The notes beneath the pieces were generated by a model, which worked only from the letters and a program-made list of their open reading frames with translations, had not been told where the DNA came from and did no database searches. 64,000 nucleotides of DNA, taken from assembly GCA_937889535.1 (NCBI GenBank), contig CALBZW010000011.1:140513-204512 (forward strand), read 5' to 3'. Position 1 is the stretch's first letter, and the number at the start of each line of letters is the position of its first letter. The translations under genes were made by a program, and so were the position numbers. Below, in pieces: positions 60,778-64,000 of the stretch. Source of the DNA: an uncultured Candidatus Saccharibacteria bacterium. Its GTDB lineage: Bacteria; Patescibacteriota; Saccharimonadia; Saccharimonadales; Saccharimonadaceae.

Positions 60778-61134
60778 GTGGTGTCGGTCTTCGCGTTGAT
60801 CCTGATGGTGATTATGATCGTTGCGAACTGGAAGATTTTTACCAAAGCCGGTAAGCCGGGCTGGGCAAGTATCGTGCCGTTCTACAACATGTACACCTTG
60901 TTCGAGGTCGCTGGGATGAATGGCTGGATGTTCTTGCTGCTCCTGGTACCGATCGTCAATATTGTGATGGCGATTATGGTTTATATTAATTTGGCGAAAG
61001 CTTTCGGTCAGTCTGGCGCTTTTGCGGTTGGCTTGATTTTACTCAATCCGATCTTCTCACTGATTCTTGCCTTCGGTAAGGCGCAGTATGTTGGAACTGG
61101 CGATACGAAGACCGGCAACGTTGCGACCAAATAA
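60778..61134 (+). CDS. DUF5684-like membrane protein; the N-terminus probably lies in another frame upstream of a G6 tract
   Basis: ANWKIFTKAGKPGWASIVPFYN motif. See the finding at 60705-60790. Confidence 0.65.
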   Translation: MVSVFALILMVIMIVANWKIFTKAGKPGWASIVPFYNMYTLFEVAGMNGWMFLLLLVPIVNIVMAIMVYINLAKAFGQSGAFAVGLILLNPIFSLILAFGKAQYVGTGDTKTGNVATK

Positions 61135-61207
61135 TCACTAATTTAGTGATGCTAAATCCCGCTTCCATAAAGAGGCGGGGTTTTAGCTGTAAGCGGTTAG
61201 TATTCTA

Positions 61208-62161
61208 CTAAATCTTTGCAAGGTATTCGACATACGCCTCGACGGCTCGCGTGGCCGACTCGTCTCCAGTCGGATAATATAGACTGGGGCAAGCGTTAAT
61301 TTCAATCACTTGGTCGCCATAATAATCAATTCCTACTACCGGAAGCTCAGCTGCGCGGGCGATTTTCTCGGCTAACTCGCGCTGCTCGGGCGAAAAATCA
61401 CCAGAACAGTCTTCGGCCGTGCCGCCTTGGCCAACGTTACAGCTCGCAACGACTCGCACCCGCTCTCCTGAGGCCGGTACGAGATGGATTTTATCTCCCA
61501 AAAACCGTTCTGCCGTTTCAAAATCAATATATGCTAGCTCGCCCTGGTACGGCGCTGTACGAATTGTCTCGTTTTCCCGTTTAATCAATTCAGCAATCGT
61601 ACTCTGTCCGTCGCCGGTCACTCGCGCAGGGATGCGCGCTACTGCGACAACGAATTTATAATCAATGCAAAGCACTCGTCGTTCGATTTCGTCTACTGGT
61701 AATTGCGGCTGGACAATTGCGAGCTTCATATCGGGCGAAGCTTCCATTGCTTTCTCGATCGCCGTTTCGGCCCCTGCTGCGTCTTTCACACCAACCGTCA
61801 CGCCATTACCATGTGCTCCGTCAATCGGCTTAACTACGACCGAGCCATATTTTTCAATCATTGGCAGAACCTCAGCTGCCGTCCGCGCCGCGACCGCCTC
61901 GGGCTGCGGAACTCCCAGCTCACGTAATAGTTCATAGCTCATCAGCTTATTATCCGCCAGACGGAGAGAATACACGCTAGTTGTCGGAGGTGTACTCGAC
62001 GCGATGCGAATAGTCACACCGTCTGGTCGAGTCAGGATTAAGTTATTCAGACTTTCCGCGCATAGCTTCTCAGCTCGCCAGCCACGCTTCTTTAGACTTT
62101 TGCGGAAGAACCGCATAGACATTGGTAGATCGCTTTCTGGTAAATCGTAGTAATTAATCAT
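61208..62161 (-). CDS. ATP-grasp ligase (cyanophycin-synthetase/RimK-like)
   Basis: VVKPIDGAHGNGV and a C-terminal ATP-grasp fold. Lies immediately after the dnaJ-like gene. Confidence 0.65.
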   Translation of the reverse strand: MINYYDLPESDLPMSMRFFRKSLKKRGWRAEKLCAESLNNLILTRPDGVTIRIASSTPPTTSVYSLRLADNKLMSYELLRELGVPQPEAVAARTAAEVLPMIEKYGSVVVKPIDGAHGNGVTVGVKDAAGAETAIEKAMEASPDMKLAIVQPQLPVDEIERRVLCIDYKFVVAVARIPARVTGDGQSTIAELIKRENETIRTAPYQGELAYIDFETAERFLGDKIHLVPASGERVRVVASCNVGQGGTAEDCSGDFSPEQRELAEKIARAAELPVVGIDYYGDQVIEINACPSLYYPTGDESATRAVEAYVEYLAKI

Positions 62162-62167
62162 GCTAGG

Positions 62168-63073
62168 CTACCCCCAGAAGCCGCGTTTTTTATTCTTCGG
62201 GTCGCGGAATTCTTCAAGGATTTCTTTTTGCCGCTTGCTGAGGCTCTTCGGGGTGTCAACGATGACGGTCACGATATGCGGACCGCGGTCACCGTCGCTA
62301 CGCATAAGCGGCACACCATGACCAGAAAGTTTGAACGGTGTGCCAGACTGAGTACCGGCAGGAATTTTCATGCGAACGTCGCCATCGACAGTCTCGACGT
62401 CGACCTCCGTACCAAGAGCGGCATCGACCATCGGAACGTGGATTTCGGAAAGAATGATACTACCTTCGCGGGTAAGATGCTTATGCGGCTTGACCCGAAC
62501 GAAGACATAGAGGTCGCCCTTTGTACCGCCTTTGGGCGCGGGACCGCCCTTGCCACTGAGACGAATCGACATACCGTCGTCAATGCCGGCAGGAATCTTG
62601 ACTTTCAGATCTTTGCCGTCAGCGCTAATGACCTTGGTCGTACCAAAAATTGCGTCTTCAAAGCTCAAGGTAACAGTCGTGCGATAGTCAGCCCCACGGA
62701 CTGGTCGACGCTGTCCGCCGCCAAAACCGAAGATTGAACCCAAAATGTCATCGAGACCGCCGCCACCACCGAAATCGAAGTTGAAGTTCTGACCATTAAA
62801 GTTGAAACTGCCATTCTGGAAAGGATTGCCTCCGGCACTACCTGCGCCACCGACGCCAGCGTGACCGAATTGGTCATAGCGGGCGCGCTTCTGCTTGTCA
62901 GCTAATACTTCGTGAGCTTCGGAAATCTCTTTGAATTTTTCTTCGGCAGCCTTGTCGCCCGGATTTTTGTCCGGGTGGTATTTGACTGCGAGTTTGCGAT
63001 ACGCTTTTTTGATTTCGTCATCAGAAGCGTTTTTGGAAACTCCTAAAACCTCATAATAATCTTTTTTCGCCAT
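62168..63073 (-). CDS. dnaJ: J-domain co-chaperone, class B (CbpA-like; no CxxCxGxG zinc finger)
   Basis: DYYEVLGV...HPDKN, then a G/F region and C-terminal substrate-binding domains. Start re-called to ATG 63073. Confidence 0.85.
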   Translation of the reverse strand: MAKKDYYEVLGVSKNASDDEIKKAYRKLAVKYHPDKNPGDKAAEEKFKEISEAHEVLADKQKRARYDQFGHAGVGGAGSAGGNPFQNGSFNFNGQNFNFDFGGGGGLDDILGSIFGFGGGQRRPVRGADYRTTVTLSFEDAIFGTTKVISADGKDLKVKIPAGIDDGMSIRLSGKGGPAPKGGTKGDLYVFVRVKPHKHLTREGSIILSEIHVPMVDAALGTEVDVETVDGDVRMKIPAGTQSGTPFKLSGHGVPLMRSDGDRGPHIVTVIVDTPKSLSKRQKEILEEFRDPKNKKRGFWG

Positions 63074-63087
63074 AGTATAGGGATATT

Positions 63088-63114
63088 TTAGCACACTTTC
63101 GCGTAGAGTGCTAG
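63088..63114. promoter_or_regulatory. CIRCE operator (TTAGCACAC-N9-GAGTGCTAg) overlapping the -10 TGCTAAAAT
   Basis: Near-consensus CIRCE, separated by 14 nt from the ATG of the J-protein gene. Confidence 0.8.
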
Positions 63115-63157
63115 GGTTTTCTATGGGGTTTCAAGTTCTAACAGAATCAGACTCCAC

Positions 63158-63254
63158 AACAAAAAGCACCCCGAAGAGTGCTCAAGGCTGCGTATGGCTC
63201 GGTGCCGGAAAAACGACACTTACTAACCAAAGCTCACCATACGGCTGACGCCAT
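63158..63254 (-). ncRNA. candidate ~97-nt sRNA defined by a consensus promoter and an intrinsic terminator
   Basis: The predicted TSS is about 6-7 nt after the -10. Internal helix CGUAUGG...CCAUACG. Terminator AGCACUC-UUCG-GGGUGCU + UUUUUG (63161-63182). Confidence 0.45.
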
Positions 63255-63260
63255 AATTTT

Positions 63261-63289
63261 ATTGTAGCACAGGTTGATAAAAATGTCAA
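63261..63289 (-). promoter_or_regulatory. consensus promoter TTGACA-17-TGCTACAAT
   Basis: tgtcaa at 63284-63289 and attgta at 63261-63266 on the plus strand, with an extended TG. Confidence 0.6.
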
Positions 63290-63324
63290 GATTCACGCGT
63301 TAGAGCTGTAGCGCGGTACAGGTC

Positions 63325-63984
63325 TTACAACAGCCCACCCCTAAAAGTCGCACGCGGGAACTCGTCGCCTTTGACGATACGCTCTTCGATCAGACTGAGA
63401 AAATGGCGATTTTGCTGGCAATAAGCTTGCGCGATAGTTCCGGCCAGAATGTCAGCAGTCTGGAGATTATTATGAGTCTTTGAGTCCTTTTGCTCGACTT
63501 GGACGGTATGATTGACGTGCTGATGCGAGGTGTAGGCGTTAATCGTGATATAGTCGATGAGTGAATTCATGGATTTGACTGCAGTCGAGCGCTGGTCGAA
63601 CGTGACAATGAAATCATCATTGTAACGACTAAAAATCTGGTCAGTGAGGAGTTTAGCGAAATAATTATAGACAAGGTTTTTAGGCTTGCTCTGGCGCAAA
63701 AGCTCGACTTTTCCCTTGTCGACGACGAGATAAAAGATGTCGATATCGGCCTTCGCGACGAGCTTATTAAGGATACGCTGGCGCTGCGGAACAGAGAGGC
63801 GACAAGATTTGATCTCTTCGATAATTGGAATAGGCTTATCTTTGGCGAGCATGATCTGAGTCTTACGAATGAGGCGAGCGGCGCGCTTGATGCCTTGTGG
63901 CGTGTCAAAAACCGCGGCGGCGAGGACAAAATATTGACCGCCGCGACCGAGATTGCCGGATTCGTCAATAAAAACTCGAATCAT
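63325..63984 (-). CDS. DUF3800 domain protein
   Basis: MIRVFIDESGNLG... N-terminal signature. Confidence 0.75.
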   Translation of the reverse strand: MIRVFIDESGNLGRGGQYFVLAAAVFDTPQGIKRAARLIRKTQIMLAKDKPIPIIEEIKSCRLSVPQRQRILNKLVAKADIDIFYLVVDKGKVELLRQSKPKNLVYNYFAKLLTDQIFSRYNDDFIVTFDQRSTAVKSMNSLIDYITINAYTSHQHVNHTVQVEQKDSKTHNNLQTADILAGTIAQAYCQQNRHFLSLIEERIVKGDEFPRATFRGGLL

Positions 63985-64000
63985 GCTTGAGGTGTGCCCT

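Noticed and set aside
1-64000. CRISPR arrays, rRNA genes, transposases/integrases or prophage structural genes.
   Set aside because: I found no regularly spaced direct repeats, no rRNA-like sequence and no recognisable recombinase ORF. Island mobility is inferred only from repeats, tRNA proximity and composition.

Overview
This is a 64-kb window from a small-genome bacterium using the standard code. The gene content fits a Patescibacteria/CPR organism, probably Saccharibacteria (lineage is inference only). That content includes tpiA, pgi, a phosphoketolase split into two ORFs, arcC, a type IV pilin, ComEC, hrcA-grpE and a class-B DnaJ behind CIRCE operators, ftsH, rny, a class A PBP with FemAB, a half-size TsaB with TsaE, and RimK with its protease partner. 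I mapped 7 tRNA genes (Met/CAT, Ser/TGA, Leu/CAG, Asp/GTC and all three Pro isoacceptors). I saw no rRNA and no CRISPR array.

Two stretches look AT-richer by eye and appear accessory.
- About 30.4-47.1 kb is a defense-like island. It holds a UvrD-type helicase-nuclease, an SRA-like reader, ClbS, a UDG-like operon, an AlbA_2 protein, an OLD/PARIS-like ATPase-Toprim gene bracketed by 45-bp direct repeats, and a DpnI-like enzyme. Pseudogenes sit at both ends and a tRNA/ogt cluster splits it.
- About 50.1-52.9 kb holds a secreted protein, a metzincin broken by an in-frame stop, and a MerR-type regulator.

The signals I consider most worth a second look are:
1. Two paralogous ~200-bp cassettes bounded by inverted repeats (3117-3316 and 22657-22855). 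Each carries a 27-29-codon ORF with a Shine-Dalgarno site, opposed by a promoter-plus-terminator antisense RNA.
2. A pervasive geometry in which an extended -10 box (TGnTATAAT) sits 6-8 nt from the ATG of many genes and from the mature 5' end of most tRNAs. This implies leaderless mRNAs and leaderless tRNAs.
3. Several genes that are disrupted or lack catalytic motifs.

Many starts in the ORF track are too far upstream. I re-called them where an extended -10 or SD supported it.
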